A stretch of DNA of 64,000 nucleotides from the human T2T-CHM13v2.0 reference genome, Homo sapiens. The notes beneath the pieces were generated by a model. It ran no database searches. It saw only the letters and a program-made list of their open reading frames with translations, and was not told the DNA's origin. The position numbers and the translations under genes were made by a program. The stretch lies in assembly GCF_009914755.1 (NCBI RefSeq), contig NC_060933.1; one strand, given 5' to 3'. Shown here one piece after another: positions 32,352 through 50,964 of the stretch. Within the stretch, counting starts at the first letter, position 1; the number at the start of each line of letters is the position of its first letter.

Positions 32352-32472
32352 GTGAGCGCCCCCAACCCTGGCATGGATGTGGGAGGCCTCTCAGCCTGGG
32401 ATGGATGGCTTCTCCCAGCCAGCTGGCAGGAGGGCCTGGGAGCGGAGACCACCAGACCCCTTCCTGCCCCAG

Positions 32473-32595
32473 ACAGGGACGAGTGCTCAGGAGGCCCTAG
32501 CCCCTGCTCCCATGCCTGCCTTAATGCACCCGGCCGCTTCTCCTGCACCTGCCCCACTGGCTTCGCCCTGGCCTGGGATGACAGGAACTGCAGAG
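32473..32595 (+). CDS. HMCN2: HMCN2 exon, cbEGF ([28 protein letters not shown]...NCR)
   Basis: six-Cys cbEGF; ccccag| acceptor, GAG|gtgagg donor. Confidence 0.94.
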
Positions 32596-33333
32596 GTGAG
32601 GGAGCTGCCGGGAGGAGGGAGGAGACGCGCTCCTCAGACCTGACCCAGGTGTGCAGAAGGGTCCCCAGGGCCAGGACCCTGGCTGGGGACACAGACCTGC
32701 AGGGATGGCCAATTCTTGAGGGTTTTGATGTCAGCCTGGGGGTCCCAATGCTATGTCCCCACCAGGCTCCTTCTTGCTATGGGAGCTGCAGATGAATGAG
32801 GCCCAGGTATCAGGGGGTGATGGACAGCCCCAGAGACATATGGGCGGCTACACATGCTCACCGCATTCTGAACCTGAACAGGCCTCGGAAGCTCTCCCAA
32901 CACTCAGCATCATTTCCAATTGACTGAGACTGGCAAGTGAGTTGTCCCCCTCAGCAATGTTGCTGGATGACAAATCTGACCTCAGGTGATGGTGCTGACG
33001 CTGACCCCCAGTCTGCATCCCTGCACTCCCACCGGGAGGGCCTGGTGCTGCCAAGTCTCCGCTGGGCTCCAAGCCGGGTGCCCAAGGGGACGTTGTCTGC
33101 AGCCTTGCATTGGAAGCTGCAGGCCCAAGGACTCGGGTCCCTTGGAGTGGGCCCTATGTTTTGGGATAGGGAGCAAGACAATGGAAAGAGCTAGCAGAAG
33201 GGGTGGGGACCTTCCTGCCAGTGGCTCCTGGGCCTGCGGACGAAGCCTCTGTGGATAGGCCGGGCCAGGGTCAGGTGGCGAGGCACGCCTGGGGATCATG
33301 TTCACACAGCCGTCTGCCCTGATCTGCCCCCAG

Positions 33334-33465
33334 ATGTGGACGAGTGTGCGTGGGATGCTCACCTCTGCCGAGAGGGACAGCGCTGTGTGAACCTGCTCGG
33401 GTCCTACCGCTGCCTCCCCGACTGTGGGCCTGGCTTCCGGGTGGCTGATGGGGCCGGCTGTGAAG
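33334..33465 (+). CDS. HMCN2: HMCN2 exon, cbEGF ([12 protein letters not shown]...GAGCE)
   Basis: DVDEC..C..C.N..GSY.C motif; AG/GT boundaries; phase 1 to 1. Confidence 0.94.
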
Positions 33466-34532
33466 GTGATGGGGGCACAGCATGCGGCCTGTCCATACTC
33501 CTGGAAACCCAGAGGTTGCCAGGGATCAGCTGACAGGGGGCTGTGTGTCACTGGGCTCTGGGCTTCCAGGAAGACTGGGACTCTTGGCAGAAGGAGTACA
33601 GCAAGGCTGGGGACAAAGCCTGCGCCAGGCTCTGGAGGTCTGAGCCCTCCCCTGGCTCCTGGCAGCTGGCACCTTCTTTGACAGGGGTGTTTTCTTTCTG
33701 CACCTCAGCATCTTGTCTGCTTGATAAAGAGGGAGCCAGGTCAGGGATGGCAAACACATGCTCCCTCTGCTGCCATCCGTTCTGTTCCCCCATATGAATC
33801 AAGGCCCAGCTAGAGACCACCTCTGAATCCTTCTTGACGCAGCAGCCCCTGCAGCCACAATGGAACAGGTTCAGTCAGCCTTTGAGATAAAACTTAGGTG
33901 CCACCCCTGGACGGGTGACCTCAATGGTCCTTCCTGCTCTAACAGTCTATGGCTGTAGGACCGTGGGTCCACCCGGCTCCTCTGAGAGACTGCACGGTGG
34001 AGAGGGAAGCATGGTGGAGCCTGACCCAAGGGGATCAGCCATCGCACCTCTGTGGCCCCCAGGGCCCTTGGAGTGCCCGACAACTCACCGGGCTCTCCTG
34101 CCTGCCGCCCTTCCTGCCGCCTTTCCTCCTTTCTCACCACTTTCTTAGCTCTTCCCACATACCAGGCTCCCCTCCTCACCACGACCCCATGAAGAGGTCA
34201 CATCTTTACCCTCTTTATGGATGAGGAAACTGAGGCTCAGAGAGGGAGAGTTCCTTGCCCAAGGGCTAGAATATGGAGAGCTCAGCGGAACCCAGGACTC
34301 TGCCCACAAAGGGCCTTTCAGCCCCTTCCTTTCTCTGGGACCTGGAACCCTGTTGACCTCCAACCTGGTATAACTGGGGGAGGTGCTGTGAGGGCGGCCA
34401 TGCAGCCTGGTGGCACTGAAACTGGAGAAGGGGACAGGGAGGAGGCCCAGATATGGAGGGGGATGGTCCGTCCCTTGGGGGAGGGGCCCTGGGCTAGACC
34501 TCCCCACCACCGACCATGCCCCTGCCTCCCAG

Positions 34533-34661
34533 ATGTGGACGAATGCCTGGAGGGGTTGGACGACTGTCACTACAACCAGCTCTGCGAGAACACCCCAGGC
34601 AGTCACCGCTGCAGCTGCCCCAGGGGTTACCGGATGCAGGGCCCCAGCCTGCCCTGCCTAG
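34533..34661 (+). CDS. HMCN2: HMCN2 exon, cbEGF ([12 protein letters not shown]...SLPCL)
   Basis: tcccag| acceptor, TAG|gtacgg donor; phase 1 to 1. Confidence 0.93.
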   Translation: MWTNAWRGWTTVTTTSSARTPQAVTAAAAPGVTGCRAPACPA

Positions 34662-34771
34662 GTACGGGGACACCCACCCTCTGGCCACACCACTGCAGCT
34701 GCCCCAGGGGTTACCGGATGCAGGGCCCCAGCCTGCCCTGCCTAGTTACGGGGACACCCACCCTCTGGCCA
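34604..34771 (+). repeat. Tandem duplication, 2 x 84 bp, spanning an exon-intron boundary
   Basis: 34604-34687 vs 34688-34771, two mismatches. Confidence 0.97.
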
Positions 34772-35259
34772 GCACCTCAGCTCAGGGGCTGAGGGTGTCT
34801 AAGGCGCCAGTGCTGTTGAGTTCTGAGAATAACCAAACAGCAGCCGACACTTTGCACTCACTGGGTGCCTGCCTGTGCACCAAAACCTCAGCCTGACCCT
34901 GTGGGGTCATCTTCCGGGGAATTTCAGGAGGGGGAGGACTGTGGAGGCAAGTGGGTGTATCTCAGAGAGGCTTAGGAGAGGGAATGGATCTAACTGGGGC
35001 ACTGAAGGGCTGAGGGGGAGCTGGAGTCTGGGACGAGGCTGAGAGCTGGGGAGGCTGGGCCTCTGGGAGCTGTAGGTGGAATCGGAGAGGAGGCTGGAGT
35101 TGGTCCGGGAGAGGGGGATGCAGCGTGGCTCACATGCAGCATGGGAGTGGCTGGATTCTAGGGAATGCCAACAAGAGAGAAGGCAGGGCCAGGCAATGGC
35201 TGCAGGCTGCAGGGGAACCTGGGCCACCTGTGCACACACCTGACCCCACCCGTCTGCAG

Positions 35260-35580
35260 ATGTCAATGAGTGCCTGCAGCTGCCCAAGGCCTGCGCCTAC
35301 CAGTGCCACAACCTCCAGGGCAGCTACCGCTGCCTGTGCCCCCCAGGCCAGACCCTCCTTCGCGACGGCAAGGCCTGCACCTCACTGGAGCGGAATGGAC
35401 AAAATGTGACCACCGTCAGCCACCGAGGCCCTCTATTGCCCTGGCTGCGGCCCTGGGCCTCGATCCCCGGTACCTCCTACCACGCCTGGGTCTCTCTCCG
35501 TCCGGGTCCCATGGCCCTGAGCAGTGTGGGCCGGGCCTGGTGCCCTCCTGGTTTCATCAGGCAGAACGGAGTCTGCACAG
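35260..35580 (+). CDS. HMCN2: HMCN2 exon, cbEGF plus linker plus partial EGF ([12 protein letters not shown]...[13 protein letters not shown])
   Basis: ctgcag| acceptor, CAG|gtaagg donor; 321 nt open. Confidence 0.93.
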
Positions 35581-36342
35581 GTAAGGCCAGGCCCTGACCA
35601 TCCACGGGACACTGCCGTTATGGGCTCTTGGGCCCCTAGGGTGGGTGTGCAGGTGTCACCCACCGAGTTCAGAAACCCAGACCTTCCAGGCAAGTGGGGT
35701 GAGTGGTGTGGTGGATGGTGGCTTCTCCAATGCAGGGTGTCTCAGAGCCTTGGCTGTGCTATTGGGCAGGGGGCTTCCAAGATGGTGTGGACTATTTTTT
35801 AAACCATTTGACTTCAGGACACTTTGCCCAGAGGGAGGGCATCCTAGGCAAGTGGTCCTGGGAACCCCCTTTGAGAAACACTCCTCTTAGCACTCAGAGG
35901 GAAAGCAGTCAGGGAGGGAGATTTTCAGGGGTGAAGGAGAATGTTCCAGGTAGACATGAGAATGTGACAAGGGACTGCTGGGTAGAGGGGGGTGGGGGTG
36001 GGGGATGGCCCCTGGACCCTGCAGAGAGGGACAAAGAGGAGGTGGCCTGCCCCAGGGCTGATGCCTCGGCATTCCCGCCTGGACGGAGGGGTCTGCGGGG
36101 TGGTGCTGCTTGCTCCTTCTATGCCTTGGTGAGCACGGGGTAGGTAAGGTGGGGCTCCTCCCTCTCAGCAAGCACAGGGACTCCCCCAACCCCTGAACCT
36201 GGGCTGGGAGGGGCAGGACAGGGAGAAGGAGCAGGGCAGCTCCAGAGCCCAGCGGGCAGGTGTGTGGCCACGTTGGTGTCTGTGGCTCAGTGCGTCTCTC
36301 TGCCCCCATCCCCCACCTGCCCCACCCCCATGCCCGGGCCAG

Positions 36343-36462
36343 ACCTTGACGAGTGCCGCGTGAGGAACCTGTGTCAGCACGCCTGCCGCAACACTGAGGG
36401 CAGCTACCAGTGCCTGTGCCCCGCCGGCTACCGTCTGCTCCCCAGCGGGAAGAACTGCCAGG
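36343..36462 (+). CDS. HMCN2: HMCN2 exon, cbEGF ([11 protein letters not shown]...GKNCQ)
   Basis: six-Cys cbEGF; ggccag| acceptor, AGG|gtgagc donor. Confidence 0.93.
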
Positions 36463-37404
36463 GTGAGCCGGGCTCAGGCCGCCGCCCAAACACCCGTGGG
36501 GCTAGGGCAGGCAGCGTGGGATGGGACATGTGGCATCTTACCTACTCCGTTCACTCCAGCCCCTTCACAACTATCCTGTGAGGTGGGGCGGGGAGGCAGG
36601 CTCAGAGGGGTTCTGTGAACACCCCAGGCTCCCACAGCCACGCCAGGGCCCATGCTCCAAACAGGAGCTCTGAGATCACGCGGGCAGGCTCTGAAAGCAG
36701 CCCTGCAAGGCCAATCCTAGCACTGCTGTGTGTCCCTGGGAAACTCACTTCACCTCTCTAAGCCTCCGGCCTCCTGGTTAAATGGGGCTAGCACAGTCCC
36801 CCCTCAGATAGCTGGGATGAGAGCTGTGGAGGTTGAGCACAGAGCCGCACAGCTGCTGCTGCTGGTATAGTAAGTGCCTCTAACTCCCAAACCGGGCACA
36901 GTTTCCCTGGTGTGCACAAACGGGGCTGGGGCCGGTCATGCTGCTTCCTCCACTCTAAAGAACAGGAACCGTGCCTGCCCTGCCTGTCTCTGTCCCTCAT
37001 GCTGCCATGGAGGTCACTGAACATCCTCTGAGAAGGGTGGGGCTTCCACTGAGGAAGACAGGATCAGGGGCTCTGCCCGTGGGCAGTGGGCACTCTGGGT
37101 CTTCGGGCAAAGCAGCCACCCAGGGAAAGCCCCATCTCTCCCAGGCCCTCCTACCCAGCACTTGCTCAGGAGGCCCCCACGGTGCCCACCTACACGCCCT
37201 GGAAAGCCCTGGCCCCCCGAGGGAGATGAGAAGGTGCTGCGGGCCTCCAGCTGGGTGGTCATGGGTCAGACTGGCTGGGGACAAAGGGAGAAGGGCTGCC
37301 CACCTCACTGGTCCCCCAAAGGTACTTCTCCCCACGCACTCCCCCCTTCTCCTTTGCTCCATCTTTTCATCTCCCTCCCCCGCTTCACCAACTTCCCCAT
37401 CCAG

Positions 37405-37531
37405 ACATCAACGAGTGCGAGGAGGAGAGCATCGAGTGTGGACCCGGCCAGATGTGCTTCAACACCCGTGGCAGCTACCAGTGTGTGGACACACCCTGTC
37501 CTGCCACCTACCGGCAGGGCCCCAGCCCTGG
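37405..37531 (+). CDS. HMCN2: HMCN2 penultimate exon, cbEGF ([33 protein letters not shown]...)
   Basis: atccag| acceptor, TGG|gtaagg donor; phase 1 to 2. Confidence 0.94.
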
Positions 37532-38149
37532 GTAAGGGCTGAGTTGGCAGGGCCTCGTGCCCTCAGGAAAAGTACATTTTTTCAGTCACTGGGGGTGCAG
37601 GCTGGCCCTGTCATTGTCACTCCCCACACAAGTGATGCAGGCAGGAACGCACGGAGCCCTGGGGGCAGGGAGAGGCCAGAGTGGGAGAGAACGGGGACAC
37701 AGGAGCACACACACCAAACCCCAGACACAGGACCACCATGCAGACTCACACAACCCCAGGACAAAACTCAGACACGCCAGCACCAAACCCATCTCCTCCA
37801 CGCCACTCACAGCGGCCACGGACACTCATCAAGACACACGGAGACATGGGGACCTTAGGGGTGGCAGCTGCTGCCCTGGAAAGGTTTCTCCCGGCGGGTG
37901 ACCTGCCCCAGGCCTTACAACTAGAAACGTAGGCTGGGGTTGGAAGCAGATGCCCGCGGCAAGGCTAAGCGCAGTCTCCACCTCCAACCCCGCCCCCGCA
38001 GGGCAAATCCAGACTGGGTGACTTGGCCCAGGGGCACATCGCTCCCCTGTGTCTGCTGGGCTTCCCTGGGGCATGGATCCCGAAAGTCCGCTGGAGGGAC
38101 CATGAAAGGGCAGGCCTCTGGCTTCTCTGGGCTTCAGTTTGTTGAACTC

Positions 38150-39050
38150 TAAAACGGGCTAGCGTGGGAGCCTGCAGAGAAGGCGTGTGGGGCTCTGCGG
38201 GAGAAGGACGGGCAGCGCGTGGGCGGAACTGCAGGGGCTGGCAGGGAGGTCTGAGTTACGCGGATGGGCCACGCTCCGACCGCACCCCCGAGTCCGCCTG
38301 TCCGTGTGTCTGTGCCGCCCGCAGGACGTGCTTCCGGCGCTGCTCGCAGGACTGCGGCACGGGCGGCCCCTCTACGCTGCAGTACCGGCTGCTGCCGCTG
38401 CCCCTGGGCGTGCGCGCCCACCACGACGTGGCCCGCCTCACCGCCTTCTCCGAGGTCGGCGTCCCCGCCAACCGCACCGAGCTCAGCATGCTGGAGCCCG
38501 ACCCCCGCAGCCCCTTCGCGCTGCGTCCGCTGCGCGCGGGCCTTGGCGCGGTCTACACCCGTCGCGCGCTCACCCGCGCCGGCCTCTACCGGCTCACCGT
38601 GCGCGCTGCGGCACCGCGCCACCAAAGCGTCTTCGTCTTGCTCATCGCCGTGTCCCCCTACCCCTACTAAACGGGAGAGGGCATTGGCGGCCGCCCTGGC
38701 GTGACCCCCGAGGAAGGGGTCGAGGAGAAGCTTGGTCCACGCCACCTGCTGTGGCAAGCGGAGCGTCATCGTCTCCCGCCCCGTGCGTCAGCGAGACCTT
38801 GGGTCAACACGACCCTGCGCACAGCCTTGACCCCCGACAGCGAGGACCTGACCTCACAGAGGGAGGCGTCCAGGGCGGCCCTTGGGTGGCCAGTCCCGCA
38901 GGCAGGGCCCGGGGAAGCCCGGATCAGACCTCCAGGTCTGATCCGCCCCTCAGTGGGAGCGGGACAGGGACACAGGGCACCTGGACGCGCGGGAGAGGGG
39001 GCAGACCCCGCGTTAGGGGTGGCAGCAGCTGTCGCCCGGCCACACCTGGT
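38150..39050. promoter_or_regulatory. CpG island over the HMCN2 terminal exon and 3' UTR
   Basis: visibly dense CpG and very high GC relative to the flanks. Confidence 0.85.
38325..38670 (+). CDS. HMCN2: HMCN2 last coding exon, fibulin C-terminal domain, stop TAA
   Basis: ccgcag| acceptor; TCFRRC...[13 protein letters not shown] is typical of a fibulin/hemicentin C-terminus. Confidence 0.95.
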
Positions 39051-39073
39051 GGTGTCATTCTGAACCCTGTTGC

Positions 39074-39081
39074 AATATAAA
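39074..39081 (+). terminator. HMCN2: Probable HMCN2 poly(A) signal, non-canonical (AATATA/TATAAA)
   Basis: aatataaa followed by U/GU-rich sequence (39086-39132); no AATAAA between the stop codon and here. Confidence 0.6.
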
Positions 39082-39379
39082 GGGATTTTTTTTTAACCAA
39101 CTTGGTTTCTTTGTCTAATTATTTTGCTTTGTAGGGAAGGGTTTGGGCTGGGAAGGAGACCATGCCTTCTGTTCTGATCCAGGAGCACTGCAGTTTGAGT
39201 CTACCAGCCTCCTCTCCTTAGGAGTAGGGCTGCCTCAGGCACCTCCTGGCCTCAGTTTTCCGATCCATAAACTCTTGCAGTAGGGCCCTCCCTTCCCCCA
39301 TAGGGCTGTGGGGCTATTAAATGAGGAGTAAATGTGTTGCAAAGACAGCAACAGCCGGTGGCAAAAAAAATAATTCTTA

Positions 39380-41470
<2,091 letters not shown>

Positions 41471-42045
41471 AACGAAAATGGTTTTTAAGAAAGTCAATGC
41501 ATATCTGCGTGTTGGCCTATCTCCAGTGTGCTGGGTCTCGGGAGGAGTGTAGGTGAAACGGAGCTTGGCTGTTTATCCTTCTCCTCCCATTCCTGCCCTT
41601 CTCCCTGGGCTGGCAGCAGCCCCTGCCTGGTGGCCTCTTTGTTGCCAGCTGCCCCTGACACAGCCTCTGGGAGAGAGAGGTTGTCTTTTGCATATGGTTC
41701 TGAAGAAAAGAGTGCCTCTCTCCCTGTTCCTCCTACTTAGTGTGACATGGTCAGCTCCCCCTAATTGTCCCCTCCCTCTCATCTGGGCAATGAGGAAAGT
41801 TGTCTGAGTTAGTTCCTTCTAGAGATGAACGACAATCAGGCTGTCTTAACAGAGCTGTTCTGGGTACACAGAGAAAAAATCGCTGTGTCCATTTTACAGA
41901 TGCAGAAAGGGGGGTACAGGGAGGGAACATGATCCAGTCACTTGACTGAGGTGTGACTGGTTAATGGTCAAACTGGGACTCTTGATTCCCACCTAACAGC
42001 CCCAGTAGAACCTTCTCCAGGATGCTTCTTACTGTAGGTTTCCTT

Positions 42046-42365
42046 CAAACCAGTCTGCAAAGTTTTTCTGTTAGGGGCCAGATAGTACTTTCTGCTTTGC
42101 GGGACATTCAAGCTCTGTCAAAATGACTTACCTTTGCCATTGCAGCGCAAAAGCAGCCCCGGAGGACCCATGAACAGATGGGCACAGCTGTGTTCCAATA
42201 AAACTTTATTTGTGGACACTTACATTTCAAATTTATTATCATTTTCATGTGCCATGAAATATTCTTCTTTTGATGTTTTTCAACCATTTACAAATGTAAA
42301 AGCCATTCTTAGTTTGCACGCAGGCTTTACAAAAACAAGTTCAGACCAGAGTTTGCTGATCTCTG
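42046..42365. mobile_element. MER58-like hAT-Charlie element
   Basis: ggggccagatagta...gctgtgttccaataaaactttattt...agtttgctga. Confidence 0.75.
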
Positions 42366-42717
42366 GTTTAAACCACAGAAATTACTGATGATGGAAGTCC
42401 AGGCTGGGTGGAGAGATTAGAGGAGGCGGGAAGAAGTGCGGGAGGGGCTTCCCAGGCCCTCCTGTACCCTATTCGTCCAGGGTCCACCTGTGAGGGCCTT
42501 CCTTGGGCCGAACGCCCCTCTTTGTGCAACGCCAGGGGTCAACGGGTCAGAACTGGAGCACTGCTCTTCGCTAGGCTGTTAATTTTTTATGGAGCTGGGG
42601 ACTTTGTGGAGGTGATGCAGAGGCGGAGACCCACAGAGGGGAGGTGCCACTCCTCTCTCACCCCTGCTGTCTCCTGCAGGCCGCTCCCAGTCTCACGCAG
42701 GCCTTCCATGTTTGTGA

Positions 42718-47663
<4,946 letters not shown>

Positions 47664-49840
47664 AGGAAGGTATGAGTGTCTCAGATCCCAGTGCCTTTGT
47701 TTCTCTACCTGCTCAGGCCTAGGTGCTGCTTTGTTTTTAGGAATGCCACCAAGATCACTTACCTAGAAGGTGCAAAGGCTCCTGGAGGACCCCTGACCTA
47801 GGTGTGGGCAGGGGGTAAGATGAAAGTCAAAGGCCATGGTGCCCCAGTCTCAGGTGGGGGAATCCCTTTGGGCCACGCCCCACTTTGGCCCTCAGCACTG
47901 CTCTGCAGGGTAAGGGCCAGGGCAGGGTTGAAGGTCCCCCTGGCCGATGGAGGGGTCCAGGCAGAATGGGGCTCATTCAGAAGCTGGCCAGTCCTCCCTC
48001 ACCTTGGTCTCTGCCTCTGGGCAACCACTCACCCTGCTGTTGGTGGCAGGACGGTGGGGGTGGGGGGCGGGGTGCTGCTGGCAGTTTGGGCCCCTGTTTT
48101 CTTCTCAGGAGCGCTGTGACCTCACTGTCCCTCATGTCACTGGTGCATGTGAGTTAGGAAGGGTCTGTCCCCTAGGCTGGAACCATTTCTGCGGCAAGGA
48201 GTAAAGGTCCCAGCAGCCTGTGACCCTGGGACTGTGACCTCAGTTCAGCTCAGGCTGGAGCTAAAGCAGAGGGTTTGAGCCAGAGCTTCAGACACTGGAT
48301 TCTAGCTCCGCTCTGCCACTCACATGCTGTGTGGCCTTGGGAAAGATACACCGTCATTCTGTGCAGCAGGTTTCTGCCCATACCATTGAGATAACAATCA
48401 CAGGTACTTCATACAGGGTAGTCGTGAAGGTGAAAACAGAATGCTTGCTCTTTCCAGGGCGACCCTACCAATGAGAAAACAGGCTGCAGTGGGGAGTGAC
48501 CGCCCCAAGGACACACAACTGCTGCAAGGGTGTCATTGTGTAGGTGTTCCTCACTTGCCTCCTGCTAGTGTGGGAGGCCCAGAGACTCCACGAGACCCCC
48601 AGCTGCTCCTGTGAGAGGGCTGAGGGGGGCCAGCTGTGATACCGCCTCCCATCTAGAAGGGGCCTCAAGCCACCCATGTACACCCAGCCCCACGTGGCTC
48701 ACCAGGGGCCCCTTTGCCATCAAGGGCCACATCCCAGGTTTAAGTGTCAGAGAACTAAGGGGCTTAAGAGAGAATCGAGCTGTGGCTTTGTTTGTGAATT
48801 GGTTTGATCCTTTTTTCCTTCTAGAAGGACTCACAGCTACTGTTGCTTGCCATGGGCTTGAGGGGGTGGTGGGGGCTGACTGGCAGAGGGGCTGAGAGTG
48901 GATGGTGATTAAAAGGAGCACTGACTCCAGGGTAGCGGCTGGGCAAGGCTTGGGGCTCCCACCTCCCCCAGGTTCAGAGCCGGCTGAGGACCGGGAGTCC
49001 TCCCTTCTGGGGTCAGTGCTCACTATGGAGCAACTGCCTTGGATGGGGTCCCAGGACTTGCTCTTTTACTGGGGCTGTGGTTGCAGTGATCAGGGCTTTG
49101 GAGCCGGCAGACCAAGCTGGGAAACTCCTGAGGTAGAGAAGCTGTTGAAGGCGGGCCTGGGGTCACAACTCCCAGCTGCTTTTTACAAGCAAGAGACTTC
49201 TCTCTGAACCTCAACCTTCCCTCCTGTCTAGTGGGTTCGCAGCCAGACAGTCTTTTACTCACTGCTTACTGGGTGCCCTCTGGAGTCTGGGCAGGTGCCA
49301 GGCTCTGAGAAGACAGGCCAGCAATCAGCCCTGGCCTAAGGGATGAAAGCCGGGCCTTCCCGCGCCGGCTCACCTCGGTTTTCTCATCCTTACTCGGCTA
49401 CCAGAGGCTATGGTTGGGGAGGGAGGGGGCTCTGGGGGCTGCAGAAGGCCCAGGCTGCCGGCACCGGATAGAAGTGAGCACGAAGCTCCCTGCGCCAGTG
49501 GAACTTTTATCCCGGCTCCCACCGCGAAGCGTTTAAATTGCTTCCCCAGGGCCAGGAGGCAAGTCTCTCGAAGGACGGCTGCGGCCACCCTCCGCCCCTG
49601 AGTTACATGGGTCGCAGCCACTGCCGCCCTCCTTGGCGCCTCCAGCCCGCGGGCCAGGGCCAGGAACCGCGAGCCGCCTGCGCCCCCGCCGGCGCGCCCC
49701 TGGGAGGGTGAGCCGGCGCCGGGCCCAGGCCCGGACCTGGTGGGAGGCGGGGGGAGGTGGGGACGAGGCCTGGGGAGGCGGGCCCCGCCCATCTGCAGGT
49801 GGCTGTGAACGCTGAGCGGCTCCAGGCGGGGGCCGGGCCC

Positions 49841-49917
49841 GGGGGCGGGGTCTGTGGCGCGCGTCCCCGCCACGTGTCCCCGGTCACCGGCCCTGCCCCC
49901 GGGCCCTGTGCTTATAA
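49841..49917 (+). promoter_or_regulatory. ASS1: ASS1 core promoter: GC box (49841-49850), E-box CACGTG (49871-49876), TATA-like TTATAA (49912-49917)
   Basis: Motifs read directly; consistent with established Sp-family and MYC/HIF-1a control of ASS1. Confidence 0.85.
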
Positions 49918-49944
49918 CCTGGGATGGGCACCCCTGCCAGTCCT

Positions 49945-49976
49945 GCTCTGCCGCCTGCCACCGCTGCCCGAGCCCG
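49945..49976 (+). other. ASS1: ASS1 exon 1 (5' UTR); start approximate, longer upstream-initiated forms likely
   Basis: strong donor CCG|gtaagg at 49976/49977; start inferred about 30 nt after TATA. Confidence 0.8.
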
Positions 49977-50964
49977 GTAAGGAGCCCTCGGCCCCTCTCG
50001 CTGCCCACTCCCTAGCCGACAGCACCCGCTTCCCGGGCCCAGCGGAGGAGGCGTAGAAGACGCCCGCCCCGGGGCCCGCGGAGGCAGAGGGCGGACCCCG
50101 ATCGCCACTCGCCGGGGACTGGGACCGAGGCAGGAGGGAAGGGGCTCCCGATGCTCAAACGCCTGGCACCGGATTCCAGGTTTCTGGAGCGTGGGGGACG
50201 CGGCGGGGGCGCGAGTCCCCGGGTCCGAAGAGCGGCTCGGGTTATTTGTTCCCTGCGCAGCCGGGTCCTTTCTGGACTCCTTGTCGGATCCGGCTTCCTC
50301 TGTGTCGTGAAGCCCCCACATGGAGACCTGGGGAGTCCGGAGCGTGTGGGGGGGCTCCCGATTCTCTCTCCCTCTCTCGGACTCGCCGTCTGTCTCCACC
50401 TCTATTTCTCTGCGTAAAACCAGGAGTCCAGCCCCTCTGGGGCTTGGACGTATCGCTTTCCCCGCAGCCTCAGTTTACCCTGGACAGATGGGCATGGTGG
50501 CCCTGGCTCCCTTCCCTGCAGGGGGCGGCAGCCACCTGGCCCTCCCCGGTGGGGCTGGCGGCCTCGCGGCGGGGTTTCCTGCTGGCCTGGGCTGGGCTCT
50601 GTGGGAGGGGCAGTGCCAGGAATATTTTCTATTCGGGCTGCTGTTGCCTTTGGCCCCTGGGCGGCTGCGCCCTCCAGGGAGGCAGGGTCATTGTGAAAGA
50701 GAGGAAACTCCTCTCCCAGGCGGCCAGGGCTGTTCCTGAGGAGGGCTGGCCTGGCCTCAGTATTCTTCTCTGAGAAGTGGAGAGTCCACTCCCGAGCAGC
50801 CGAGTCAGGCTGCAGGTCTCAGGGCAGGAACAGACCTGTTCTCTCCCCAGGGGTAGATCAAGACCTAGGGGACTTGGGCTTTGATCCTCCCGCTCCCAGC
50901 AAGCACAAACCCAGTGATGGGGAGAGCTGGTGAGGCCTTGGCTCAGCCTCCAGATTCCCAAGCT

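Larger units (their letters stand above)
49350..50600. promoter_or_regulatory. ASS1: ASS1 promoter CpG island
   Basis: dense CpG and multiple GC boxes surrounding exon 1. Confidence 0.92.

Noticed and set aside
36971-37858. 295-aa + strand ORF
   Set aside because: Crosses the real exon in the wrong frame and is otherwise intronic with no domain features.
38149-38769. 206-aa antisense ORF over the HMCN2 last exon
   Set aside because: Shadow of GC-rich codon usage; no recognisable domain.
39316-39321. ATTAAA as the HMCN2 poly(A) signal
   Set aside because: Lies in MIR-like sequence without a clear U/GU-rich downstream element; 39074-39081 fits better, though it is also unproven.
49370-50773. 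Several 140-212 aa ORFs on both strands in the ASS1 promoter
   Set aside because: Expected in a CpG island; low-complexity G/P/A/R with no splice or homology support.
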